Shown in pieces: positions 48,369-56,699 of a stretch of DNA of 64,000 bases. Position numbers and translations under genes: made by a program. The notes below the pieces were generated by a model. That model searched no databases. It was not told the DNA's origin and saw only the letters and a list, made by a program, of their open reading frames with translations. Location of the stretch: assembly GCA_035288465.1 (NCBI GenBank), contig DATEAH010000006.1:27770-91769 (forward strand). The letters run 5' to 3'. Numbering within the stretch: position 1 is the first letter of the stretch; each line of letters begins with the position of its first letter. The stretch comes from Patescibacteria group bacterium. GTDB lineage: Bacteria; Patescibacteriota; UBA1384; DATEAH01.

Positions 48369-49250
48369 TTAATGTTTGTTAATTTTCAACCCTTTTAAAT
48401 AAGCGCGAAAATCACCATTAATTTCGGGTCGCATTAAAGCAAAATCAACCACCGCTTTAAGATATTCGGTTTTATTGCCAGTATCGTAATATTTGCCACC
48501 TTCAATTTCTTTGGCATATATTTTATGATTTGGTCGTAATTTGTTAATCGCATCCACCAGCCAAATTTCACCACCTTTGCCAGGTTTAAGCTCGCGCAAG
48601 GCTTGAAAAATGTCTGGAGTTAAGATATAGGCGCCGTGCACGGCTAAATCTGAAGGGGCTTTATCTGGTTCGGGTTTTTCGATAATTTCTTCAATCTCAT
48701 AAAATTTGTCTTCAACTTCATTAACTTTGCCAATCCCATATTTGGATAAATTCTCTCGATTTTTGATTTTTACGGCCGAAATGATGATGTCTTGATATTT
48801 TTCATAAGCTTCAATCATTTGTTTCAGGCGCGGCTTTTTAGCATAAATAAATTCATCACCCCATAAAACCGCAAATGGTTCATTGCCAATAATCGGCTCA
48901 GCATTTAAAATCGGCGTGCCATTGCCGTAAGGTCCTTTTTGTCGAATATAGATAAAATTGGCTAATCGTGCGATACGTCTAATTTCTTCTAATTGTTCGG
49001 TTTTGCCGGCTTTTTCTAAGCGGTTTTCTAATTCAATACTGTGATCAAAATGATCTTCGATTGCCCGTTTGCTGTAGCCAGTGACAATGACAATATCTTC
49101 AATTCCAGAGTTGACCGCTTCCTCAACTACATACTGAATAATCGGTTTGTCAACTACCGGCAACATTTCTTTGGGAGAGGCCTTGGTCATCGGTAAAAAT
49201 CTTGTGCCAAAACCTGCTGCCGGGATGACAGCTTTTCTAATTTTTTTCAT
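48369..49250 (-). CDS. galU: UTP--glucose-1-phosphate uridylyltransferase
   Basis: AVIPAAGFGTRFLPMTKASPKEMLPVVDKPIIQY. Confidence 0.85.
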   Translation of the reverse strand: MKKIRKAVIPAAGFGTRFLPMTKASPKEMLPVVDKPIIQYVVEEAVNSGIEDIVIVTGYSKRAIEDHFDHSIELENRLEKAGKTEQLEEIRRIARLANFIYIRQKGPYGNGTPILNAEPIIGNEPFAVLWGDEFIYAKKPRLKQMIEAYEKYQDIIISAVKIKNRENLSKYGIGKVNEVEDKFYEIEEIIEKPEPDKAPSDLAVHGAYILTPDIFQALRELKPGKGGEIWLVDAINKLRPNHKIYAKEIEGGKYYDTGNKTEYLKAVVDFALMRPEINGDFRAYLKGLKINKH

Positions 49251-49370
49251 CTAATTTTACTCCGTCTTGATTAAATTATAATCTTTGTATTTTTAATTGT
49301 CAATTTAAATTGTTAGATAACAAAAATATCAACCCTATTGGGTTGATATTTTTAATAAGGAATTTTATGC

Positions 49371-49844
49371 TTATTCAGATTCGGTATCAACTTTAACAAT
49401 TTGGGTTTTACTTTTGGCTTCTTTGGGAACAATGATAGTTAAAACCCCATGTTTAAGAGTAGCTTTAGCTTTTTCTGGATCAACGCCGGTTGGTAAGGAA
49501 ACTTGTCTGGAAAATGTCCCCCAATAACATTCTTGAGCAAAATAATCTTCTGCTTTGACTTCAGCTTCTTGTTGTCGCGAACCTTTAACGGTGACGGTAT
49601 TATCAACGATGGAAACTTCTAAGTTTTCGGGTTTAACACCGGCAATAGGCGCCTTAATCACAATCGATTCCGCGGTTTGGTAAGCATCAAGCGCTAATTG
49701 GCCTTCGATTTCGGCCATCCACTCTTCTTTATTTTCAGGATTATCATCGGCTTTTTCACCGAAAATTTTAGAAACAGTTGGACTTTCTTTCGCCATCTTG
49801 CCCTCCTTTCCTGCCACAGCGGGAAAAATTGAAATCCTAAGCAC
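49371..49844 (-). CDS. Hsp20/alpha-crystallin small heat-shock protein
   Basis: ACD region ...VSLPTGVDPEKAKATLKHGVLTIIVPK at 157 aa. Confidence 0.85.
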   Translation of the reverse strand: MLRISIFPAVAGKEGKMAKESPTVSKIFGEKADDNPENKEEWMAEIEGQLALDAYQTAESIVIKAPIAGVKPENLEVSIVDNTVTVKGSRQQEAEVKAEDYFAQECYWGTFSRQVSLPTGVDPEKAKATLKHGVLTIIVPKEAKSKTQIVKVDTESE

Positions 49845-49946
49845 TAATTTCTAAACAAATCTTAAATCTCAATTTTCCAATTTTTTAAATATGTTTCTAA
49901 TTTCTAATTTGTTTAGGATTTAGAATTCCGATATTCGGATATTGTT
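49809..49946. repeat. MITE-like palindromic repeat copy R8
   Basis: Hairpin cctgcc-acag-cggg, then aaattgaaatcctaagcactaatttctaaacaaatc ... tctaatttgtttaggatttagaattcc plus the tccgatattcgga palindrome. It is the inverse complement of the R7 right arm. Confidence 0.6.
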
Positions 49947-50035
49947 AACTGTGGATAACTATTTTTATTATAAAACATTCAGAGATTTTTGCAAGTCCCG
50001 CCTTAAAGCTTTAAGATAAAAATTGGGCAAATAAA

Positions 50036-50725
50036 ATGTCAAATTTTAAAGAATTGTTTTATGATTTAATTTTTCCCAAAAAATGTATAGGCTGTGGAGC
50101 GGAAGGGAATTGGTTATGTCGGGATTGTTTTGAAAAAATTGTGATCGTGCGCCAGCCCTTTTGTCCCAATTGCCAAAAACTGACAAAATCTGGCCAATAT
50201 TGTTCAAGATGCCGGGTTCGGCAGTCTTTGACCGGAGTAATAATCGCGGCTCATTATGAAAACCCGCTCAAGGAAGCGATCCACAAATTTAAATATGAGA
50301 AATTGACTGAGTTGTCAGATCCTTTTTTGGAGATTCTGATTACTCGACTTGAAGCGGGATTTCCGGTCGGAAAATTGGTTTTGGTGCCGGTGCCGTTAAC
50401 CAAAAAAAGAGAATCGGAAAGAGGGTATAATCAAGCGGAAATTTTGGCAAATTTATTAGCCGAAGCTTTTGAAATTCCCACGATAAATAACTTATTGGTT
50501 AGGATTAAAGAAAAGCCGAGTCAGGTAAGCTTGAGAGGTGAAGAGCGGCGGAAAAATGTATTGGGGATTTTTGCGGTTCGGGGCGAGACGGCGAAAATTA
50601 AAAATAAAACAATTTTGTTGGTTGATGACGTGATGACTACTGGCGCGACCTTAAATGAATGTGCTCAGGTGCTTAAAAGCGCCGAGGCTAAAAATGTTTG
50701 GGGAGTAGTGATTGCTAAAGCCTGA
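50036..50725 (+). CDS. ComF-family phosphoribosyltransferase (competence protein ComFC-like)
   Basis: An N-terminal Cys4 (CIGCG...CRDC...CPNC...CSRC) and a PRTase motif ILLVDDVMTTGATL. Confidence 0.75.
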   Translation: MSNFKELFYDLIFPKKCIGCGAEGNWLCRDCFEKIVIVRQPFCPNCQKLTKSGQYCSRCRVRQSLTGVIIAAHYENPLKEAIHKFKYEKLTELSDPFLEILITRLEAGFPVGKLVLVPVPLTKKRESERGYNQAEILANLLAEAFEIPTINNLLVRIKEKPSQVSLRGEERRKNVLGIFAVRGETAKIKNKTILLVDDVMTTGATLNECAQVLKSAEAKNVWGVVIAKA

Positions 50726-50783
50726 TATTTTATATTTGGATTTTGGTCATAAAAATGGTATAATTATGCTTGAAAAATAAGTT

Positions 50784-51083
50784 TTGAATCCCGCACCGAG
50801 AATGTATTATATTTATATATTAAAAAGTCTAATAAATGGTAAATTATATAAAGGATATACTAGAGATATTAATAAAAGAATTTTAGGTTATAACCAAGGT
50901 AGGGTTAAATCAATAAAATCTGGGTTTCGGTGGAAATTGATTTATTATGAAGGATTTATAAATAAAACCGACGCATTGCGAGAAGAAATATTTTTAAAAT
51001 CAGATAAAGGAAAAGATAGACCTAAATATTTATTAAAAAATTCTACGGAGGAGTGCCAGAGCGGTTTAATGGGCCGGTCTTGA
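50784..51083 (+). CDS. GIY-YIG nuclease-family small protein (YhbQ/UPF0213-like)
   Basis: MYYIYILKSLINGKLYKGYTRDINKRILGYN is a GIY-YIG core. The likely start is the ATG at 50802. The stop lies 37 nt inside the downstream tRNA-Ser. Confidence 0.65.
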   Translation: MNPAPRMYYIYILKSLINGKLYKGYTRDINKRILGYNQGRVKSIKSGFRWKLIYYEGFINKTDALREEIFLKSDKGKDRPKYLLKNSTEECQSGLMGRS

Positions 51084-51133
51084 AAACCGGTGTATCCGCA
51101 AGGGTACCAGAGGTTCGAATCCTCTCTCCTCCG
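51047..51133 (+). tRNA. tRNA-Ser (anticodon TGA), CCA not encoded
   Basis: Acceptor GGAGGAG/CTCCTCC, anticodon stem CCGGT/ACCGG with loop CTTGAAA, a long variable arm and T-arm AGAGGTTCGAATCCTCT. Confidence 0.85.
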
Positions 51134-51143
51134 AATTTTTATT

Positions 51144-51171
51144 AAAAAAGCAGCTAAATAGCTGCTTTTTT
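51144..51171. terminator. Bidirectional intrinsic terminator between tRNA-Ser and the convergent radical SAM gene
   Basis: An A-run, stem agcagc/gctgct with loop taaata, then a T-run. Confidence 0.55.
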
Positions 51172-51195
51172 GAGTCTTAGTTTTTACTCAATATT

Positions 51196-52644
51196 TTATT
51201 TTTCAGCCCAGTCTTTGAAAAAACTAATACCCTGTTTTAAAAATGGCCAAAAATCTTTCGGATTTTTAACAAATTTTTTCATACTATGCAAAATATAGGT
51301 TGGCCTTAAGTAAAATTGTAAATAAGCTTTTTTGCGGAATTTCGCGAGATCTTCAACTGATAACTGCGGAGTCGAAATGATATTTTTTCCTTGTTCATAA
51401 TCCGCCCAGCTTTTAGCGGTGATCCAGCCTTTTTTAGCGGCTTCGTCGTGAAAGCGAGTCCCGGGATATGGAATAGCGGAATAAAATTGGACATAGTCTG
51501 GATTTATTTCCTTAACCAATTTCATGGTTTTTTTAATGGTTTGTTTGGTTTCGCCCGGCAAGCCAAAAATAATATAAGCGGCACTTTCAAGTTTGGCAGC
51601 CCTAGTCCATTTAAAAGCTTGCCTGATTTGCGCCAAAGTGATATTTTTGCCAACGCGGTTTAAAATCTTTTGAACACCTGATTCGACTCCATATGAGACA
51701 ACCTGGCAGCCGGTTTCTTTCATCGCTTTTAACATTTTAGGATTAATTCTGTCCACGCGCGAATTTGCCATCCAGCGAAATTTCAGCTTCCTTTTTTTAA
51801 TACCTTCACATAATCTAAAAACATAATTTCGGTCAAAAGTAAAAGAATCCGCCCAAAAAGTAATATCTTTAATTTTATAAACTTTGAGAATTTCTTCAAC
51901 TTCATCTAAGACATTTTTAACGCTCCTCATCCTAATTTTTGAGCCATAATATAGGCTGGCGGTGCAAAAACTACAATTATTTGGACAGCCGCGGGAGGTA
52001 ATGACTAAGGTATAGGGTCGGTTATAGACCGGCATTTTGTAGCGTCGATTTTTAATTAAGTCTCGAGCAGGAAAGGGTAAAAGATCTAAATTTTCGATAA
52101 AGGGCCGGTCCACATTGCTAATAAATGACGGGTTACTCTTAAAACTGAGCCCCTTAACCTTTTTCAAAGATTTTTTATCACGCAGGGAAAGCGCGAGCTC
52201 GAGCGAAGTCATTTCCGGTTCTCCTCTAATAATCGAATCCAGCGCAGTATCTTTTAGGGTTTTTAAAGGAAGGCTGGTGACATGAATGCCAATGGCGGTT
52301 AAGTGCGTCTTGGGCTGATTTTTTTTGACCTTGGCAATAAAAATTCGATCCCCATAATAGGTAACAGTGGCGAGATTTATAATAATTAAATTCGGTTGAA
52401 ATTTTTTAATCGCTCTAATTGCTTTTTTCGAGTCCAAATCTTCGGCCATTGAGTCTAAAACTTTAACCTCAATCCCATTTTCGCGCAAAAGGCCGGCAAT
52501 CGATGGCAGAGAAATCGGTACCATCAGATATTGAAAAGACGAAGCACGCTGTTCACATCGGCCTTCTCTAACATATTTTTCGTGATTTGGGCTAGGCGGA
52601 TTGACAATCATAACCTTCACATTATCCCCACTTTCAAAGATCAA
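51196..52644 (-). CDS. B12-binding radical SAM protein, paralog 1
   Basis: An N-terminal B12-binding-type domain, CxxxCxxC (RGCPNNCSFCTA) and IIFGLPGETKQT. It is paralogous to 54598..56037 over its full length. Confidence 0.8.
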   Translation of the reverse strand: MIFESGDNVKVMIVNPPSPNHEKYVREGRCEQRASSFQYLMVPISLPSIAGLLRENGIEVKVLDSMAEDLDSKKAIRAIKKFQPNLIIINLATVTYYGDRIFIAKVKKNQPKTHLTAIGIHVTSLPLKTLKDTALDSIIRGEPEMTSLELALSLRDKKSLKKVKGLSFKSNPSFISNVDRPFIENLDLLPFPARDLIKNRRYKMPVYNRPYTLVITSRGCPNNCSFCTASLYYGSKIRMRSVKNVLDEVEEILKVYKIKDITFWADSFTFDRNYVFRLCEGIKKRKLKFRWMANSRVDRINPKMLKAMKETGCQVVSYGVESGVQKILNRVGKNITLAQIRQAFKWTRAAKLESAAYIIFGLPGETKQTIKKTMKLVKEINPDYVQFYSAIPYPGTRFHDEAAKKGWITAKSWADYEQGKNIISTPQLSVEDLAKFRKKAYLQFYLRPTYILHSMKKFVKNPKDFWPFLKQGISFFKDWAEK

Positions 52645-52658
52645 ATCAATAAAATGAT

Positions 52659-53072
52659 TTAGATATGATTAAATTTATCATCTTTCGCCAGAAAAATAAA
52701 CCTTTTTACTAACCAAAAATTAGTGACCGCCGCAGCAAATGTGGCGAATATTTTAGCAAAAAGATACCATAAATGAAAAAACTGTACCAATGACGCCAGA
52801 ATTAATAAATTAATTGCTAAACCAACGCTATGAGAAATAATATATTTTATAAACTGCTGAAAATATTTTTTTTCAGAATTAGCAAAAGTCCAAAATTTAT
52901 TCAAGCTAAAACTAATCCAAACTATCACCACAATTGAAATAATCGCTGCCAGCAAATAATGAAGATGGACAAATTCAACTAAAATATAAAGAAAAATGAA
53001 ATCCAATAAAGTCGCCAAACCCCCGACCATAATGTATTTTAAAAATTGTTTTGACATAATCATTTTTACCAT
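52659..53072 (-). CDS. GtrA-family small membrane protein (polyprenol-P-sugar flippase-like)
   Basis: A 137 aa protein with 4 TM helices, YIMVGGLATLLDFIFLYIL at the start and KRFIFL at the end, typical of the GtrA family. Confidence 0.65.
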   Translation of the reverse strand: MVKMIMSKQFLKYIMVGGLATLLDFIFLYILVEFVHLHYLLAAIISIVVIVWISFSLNKFWTFANSEKKYFQQFIKYIISHSVGLAINLLILASLVQFFHLWYLFAKIFATFAAAVTNFWLVKRFIFLAKDDKFNHI

Positions 53073-53776
53073 TTATTCCTTTGCCGATAAGCACTTATTA
53101 AAATAGCCATAAAAAGAGCAAAAAGCACCACTATAAAATAATAAAATATAATTACAATTTGATTCAAAATCACCCCGATAAAAACAACAATCCAAATGGT
53201 GCCAGAACGATACGATTCGGAAAACAAGAAGGCGATTATTTTTAAAAATTTTGGAAGATTTTTTAGACTTTCCTTTTTAATATTTTCAACATCTTTATTA
53301 AATAAGAGCTGATATCTGGGTAGGGTTCTGCCAAACATTCTTTGCAAAAAAATTACCAAGGCTAAATAAAAAAAGATATGATCATTATGCACTTGCCGAA
53401 AGTTGGCCCAGGCAAGCGCGAAAAAAACCAAACTTTCTTTGATGCTGTCAAGAGAAGTATCAAGTAAGGCGCCAAAGTGGCTGATTTTTTTAAAGCCTCG
53501 GGCAAGCTGGCCGTCAACACAATCAAAAATATAAGAAATAATTAAAATACCCGCCCCCAAAATCCTTTCTGATAAATTCCCGTAAGCGATCAAGCCGATT
53601 CCGATTAGGCCGACCCCAAAACCTAAAAAATTAACAAAAGTTGGTGATAAATTGATGCTGGCAAAACCAGGAGTGATCACGCTGGCAATCGGACGATAAA
53701 AAACCCGTTCGAAAAATGGGTAAAAGGGCTTGTGCATAATTTTAGCATTAAATTTTGGTTTATGATTTTTTTTCAT
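53066..53776 (-). CDS. CDP-alcohol phosphatidyltransferase family protein
   Basis: Motif DCVDGQLARGFKKISHFGALLDTSLDSIKE matches D-G-x2-A-R-x8-G-x3-D-x3-D. Confidence 0.7.
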   Translation of the reverse strand: MKKNHKPKFNAKIMHKPFYPFFERVFYRPIASVITPGFASINLSPTFVNFLGFGVGLIGIGLIAYGNLSERILGAGILIISYIFDCVDGQLARGFKKISHFGALLDTSLDSIKESLVFFALAWANFRQVHNDHIFFYLALVIFLQRMFGRTLPRYQLLFNKDVENIKKESLKNLPKFLKIIAFLFSESYRSGTIWIVVFIGVILNQIVIIFYYFIVVLFALFMAILISAYRQRNKW

Positions 53777-54575
53777 TTAAGCTTTTTGGCTTTTGACAAA
53801 TTACCACAAATTCACGGGTTTTGGCAGTATTTTTAGAAAAATAAACATCTGATAATTTTATTTTGGCAGACTGATAAATTTTTTTCACATAAAGCCAAGA
53901 AAAAACCCTCAGATAGGTTCTGGTTGCCCAGATTTTGATGGTATGCGGTAAATTTGCATAAATAATTCTAATTAATCTTTTCGGGTTCCAGCGGGAATAA
54001 AGTAACAATTTTCGACCACGAACATATTGGCCTAAAATTTTTTGGACCTCAAAATCAGCGAGCATTTTTTTTAAATCTTCTAAATAAAATTCATAAAAAT
54101 GAAAAGGGTAAAAAGGTTTAAAAGTGCCAGGGGAATAAACCGCTTTATTTGGAGTGGAAAGAATCAGTAAGCCCCCAGGTTTTAGAACTCGGTAAATTTC
54201 GTCGATGGCCTTAGAGTAATTTTTAACATGCTCAATGGTTTCAAACATAGATACTAAATCAAAATAATTATTAGGAAAATCAAGATTGGTTAAGTCGGCT
54301 CTTTTAAAAATTAAATTTTTCCGAAGATATTTAGATTGGCAATACTGGATTGATTCGGCGACTATGTCAATTCCATAAACTTTTTTAGCGCCAGACTTAG
54401 CTAAAATATTGGCGCCGTAACCTGCTCCGCAACCAGCGTCTAAGATAATTTTATTTTGAGCATATTTGGTGGCCAATTGATAACGAGAAATGGCTAAACC
54501 ATAAATATCTTGCAAAAACTTTGCCTGGGGCATAATTGAGCCCTCGAGTCTGGGCATTAAATTGTCGGTGGGCAT
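53760..54575 (-). CDS. Class I SAM-dependent methyltransferase
   Basis: ILDAGCGAGYGANIL (motif I) and VLKPGGLLILSTPN. Confidence 0.75.
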   Translation of the reverse strand: MPTDNLMPRLEGSIMPQAKFLQDIYGLAISRYQLATKYAQNKIILDAGCGAGYGANILAKSGAKKVYGIDIVAESIQYCQSKYLRKNLIFKRADLTNLDFPNNYFDLVSMFETIEHVKNYSKAIDEIYRVLKPGGLLILSTPNKAVYSPGTFKPFYPFHFYEFYLEDLKKMLADFEVQKILGQYVRGRKLLLYSRWNPKRLIRIIYANLPHTIKIWATRTYLRVFSWLYVKKIYQSAKIKLSDVYFSKNTAKTREFVVICQKPKSLNEKKS

Positions 54576-54597
54576 AATTGTCCTTTCTGCGGGATTT

Positions 54598-56037
54598 TTA
54601 ACCCCAATTTATCAAAAAACTTGAACCTTTCTGAATAAGATTGAGCAAGTCTCGGAATGATTTAACTTTTTTTAATTGACGGGAGATAAATTTTTTGCGT
54701 AAATAAAAACCAACCATTGCTTTTTTTCGAGCCTTAGCTAAGTCTTTTTGAGACAACTCTGAAGTATTAATTATCGCTCGGTTTAGTTCGTACTGGTTCC
54801 AATCAGAAGCCTTGATCCACCCCCTTTTGACGGCTAACTTGCGAAACTCAGTGCCGGGGAATGGAATGGCACAATAAAATTGGACATAATCTGGATCGAT
54901 TTTGCGAATAAATTTAATGGTTTGATTTATGGTTTTTTTTGTTTCACCGGGAAGACCAAAAATAACATGGGCTAAAGAATCTATATTCGCTTTTCGGGTT
55001 AGCTTAAAAGCTCTTTCAATCTGTTTTAAGGTGGTGCCCTTTTTGACATTATTTAATATTTTTTGAACGCCTGACTCAACTCCATATGCCACGCCCATAC
55101 AACCAGCCTTTTTCATGGCTTTGAGCATTTCCAGATCAACCGTATTGACTCGGGCATTGCACATCCAGTTAAATTTTATTTTTTTATCAATAATTTGTTG
55201 GCAAAGTTCAAGGACAAATTTTTTATCAAAAGTAAAAGTATCAGCCCACATGGTAATATCTTTGATCTGGTCGTGATTGACAATTTGCTCAATTTCCTCA
55301 ATCACTTTTTCGACTCGGCGGACTCTAAATTTATTCCCATAATATTGTTTGGCAGTACAAAAAGTACATTTATTGGGGCATCCACGAGCCGTAATTAGCA
55401 GTGTATAGGGTCGGTTGTAAACTGGCATAAAATAGCGGTCGTTTTTAAGGAGGTGGCGGGCGGCAAAAGGTAAAGAGTCTAAATCTTTAAAATGCGGCCT
55501 CGCCGGATTATTAATAATTTGCCCATCTTTTTTATAAGATAAACCGCGAATATTATCGAGTAATTTTTTATTTTTTAGGGCCGTGGCGAGTTTTAAAACC
55601 GTTATTTCCGGTTCGCCCCGTACCACTGAATCTAATCGGGTTTCTCGAAGCACTTTTTTAGGCAGGGTCGTGACATGGACGCCAATAGCGACCAGATGAG
55701 CATTGGGCAGTTTTTTCTTCAAGCGCATCACAAATTCTGCATCTGATTTATAAGTTAAGGTTGAAAAATTTATAATCACCAAATCAGGCTTAAATCTTGC
55801 CGAGGCCGAGATCGCACCGGAAAAATCAAAATCTTCGACCATAAAATCATAAATTTTAACTTCAAAATTATTCTGTAAAAGTAAACCGGCAGTCATAGGT
55901 AAAGAAATCGGCACCATCACATATTGAAATGAGGATAGGCGCTGCTCACACCTGCCTTCTCTAATTACTTTTGGGCCATTTAATGGGGGCGGATTGATAA
56001 GTAAAATTTTCAAGATCTTCTCCATAATATTTGCCAA
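54598..56037 (-). CDS. B12-binding radical SAM protein, paralog 2
   Basis: RGCPNKCTFCTA and VIFGLPGETKKT. The N-terminus LINPPPLNGPKVIREGRCEQRLSSFQYVMVPISLP parallels paralog 1. Confidence 0.8.
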   Translation of the reverse strand: MANIMEKILKILLINPPPLNGPKVIREGRCEQRLSSFQYVMVPISLPMTAGLLLQNNFEVKIYDFMVEDFDFSGAISASARFKPDLVIINFSTLTYKSDAEFVMRLKKKLPNAHLVAIGVHVTTLPKKVLRETRLDSVVRGEPEITVLKLATALKNKKLLDNIRGLSYKKDGQIINNPARPHFKDLDSLPFAARHLLKNDRYFMPVYNRPYTLLITARGCPNKCTFCTAKQYYGNKFRVRRVEKVIEEIEQIVNHDQIKDITMWADTFTFDKKFVLELCQQIIDKKIKFNWMCNARVNTVDLEMLKAMKKAGCMGVAYGVESGVQKILNNVKKGTTLKQIERAFKLTRKANIDSLAHVIFGLPGETKKTINQTIKFIRKIDPDYVQFYCAIPFPGTEFRKLAVKRGWIKASDWNQYELNRAIINTSELSQKDLAKARKKAMVGFYLRKKFISRQLKKVKSFRDLLNLIQKGSSFLINWG

Positions 56038-56699
56038 CGTTTTTTAAATAAAAACAATAAATTTGGGATGCCATCGCGCATACGACGGAGTTTGGAATTA
56101 CCAATGCGATCTCGATAATTGATATGATACTCTCCGTATTTAATTTTAGGGTGTAATAAAGCTTCCATTTTGATTTCTTCAGAAAAAGACATTTTATTGG
56201 AAAAGGGGTGAATTTTTTTTAAAATTGAGCGTCGAAATACCCACATGCCGGTTTGGGAATCTTCGACCGGTTTTAGGGTTAGTGAATTCATCGTGAGGGT
56301 TAATATTAGATTACCTAAACGGTTTGGCCAAGGCATGGCGGATTTATATTTTAAGGGAAAACGATTTCCAGCTACAAAATCAAGATTATTTTTGAGCAAA
56401 TAATCAATCATTCGCCCAATTTCTTGCAAAGGATATGTGCAGTCAGCATCACTGGTAATAATAATGTTGCCCTTGGCTGACTTGATGCCTTTTTGGCAAG
56501 CGGCGCCATAACCTTGTTTTTTTTCGCGAATTACGGTCGCGCCGAGTTTGCGGGCAATGGGGGCGGTTTTATCAAAGGAATTATTATCAACCACCATAAT
56601 TTCATCAACCCATTTTGGGATGCTTTTGATAGTAAGGGGAATCGCTTTTTCCTCATTATAGCATGGAATCACCACAGAAATTTTATATTTTTTATACAT
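56010..56699 (-). CDS. Family 2 glycosyltransferase (polyprenol-phosphate sugar synthase / GtrB-like)
   Basis: ISVVIPCYNEEKAI, a DxD-type TSDAD and a size of 229 aa. Confidence 0.7.
   Translation of the reverse strand: MYKKYKISVVIPCYNEEKAIPLTIKSIPKWVDEIMVVDNNSFDKTAPIARKLGATVIREKKQGYGAACQKGIKSAKGNIIITSDADCTYPLQEIGRMIDYLLKNNLDFVAGNRFPLKYKSAMPWPNRLGNLILTLTMNSLTLKPVEDSQTGMWVFRRSILKKIHPFSNKMSFSEEIKMEALLHPKIKYGEYHINYRDRIGNSKLRRMRDGIPNLLFLFKKRWQILWRRS

Noticed and set aside
49951-49959. Isolated perfect DnaA box TGTGGATAA upstream of comFC
   Set aside because: It is a single box far from dnaA, so chance occurrence or minor regulatory use cannot be distinguished. It is not called as an origin.
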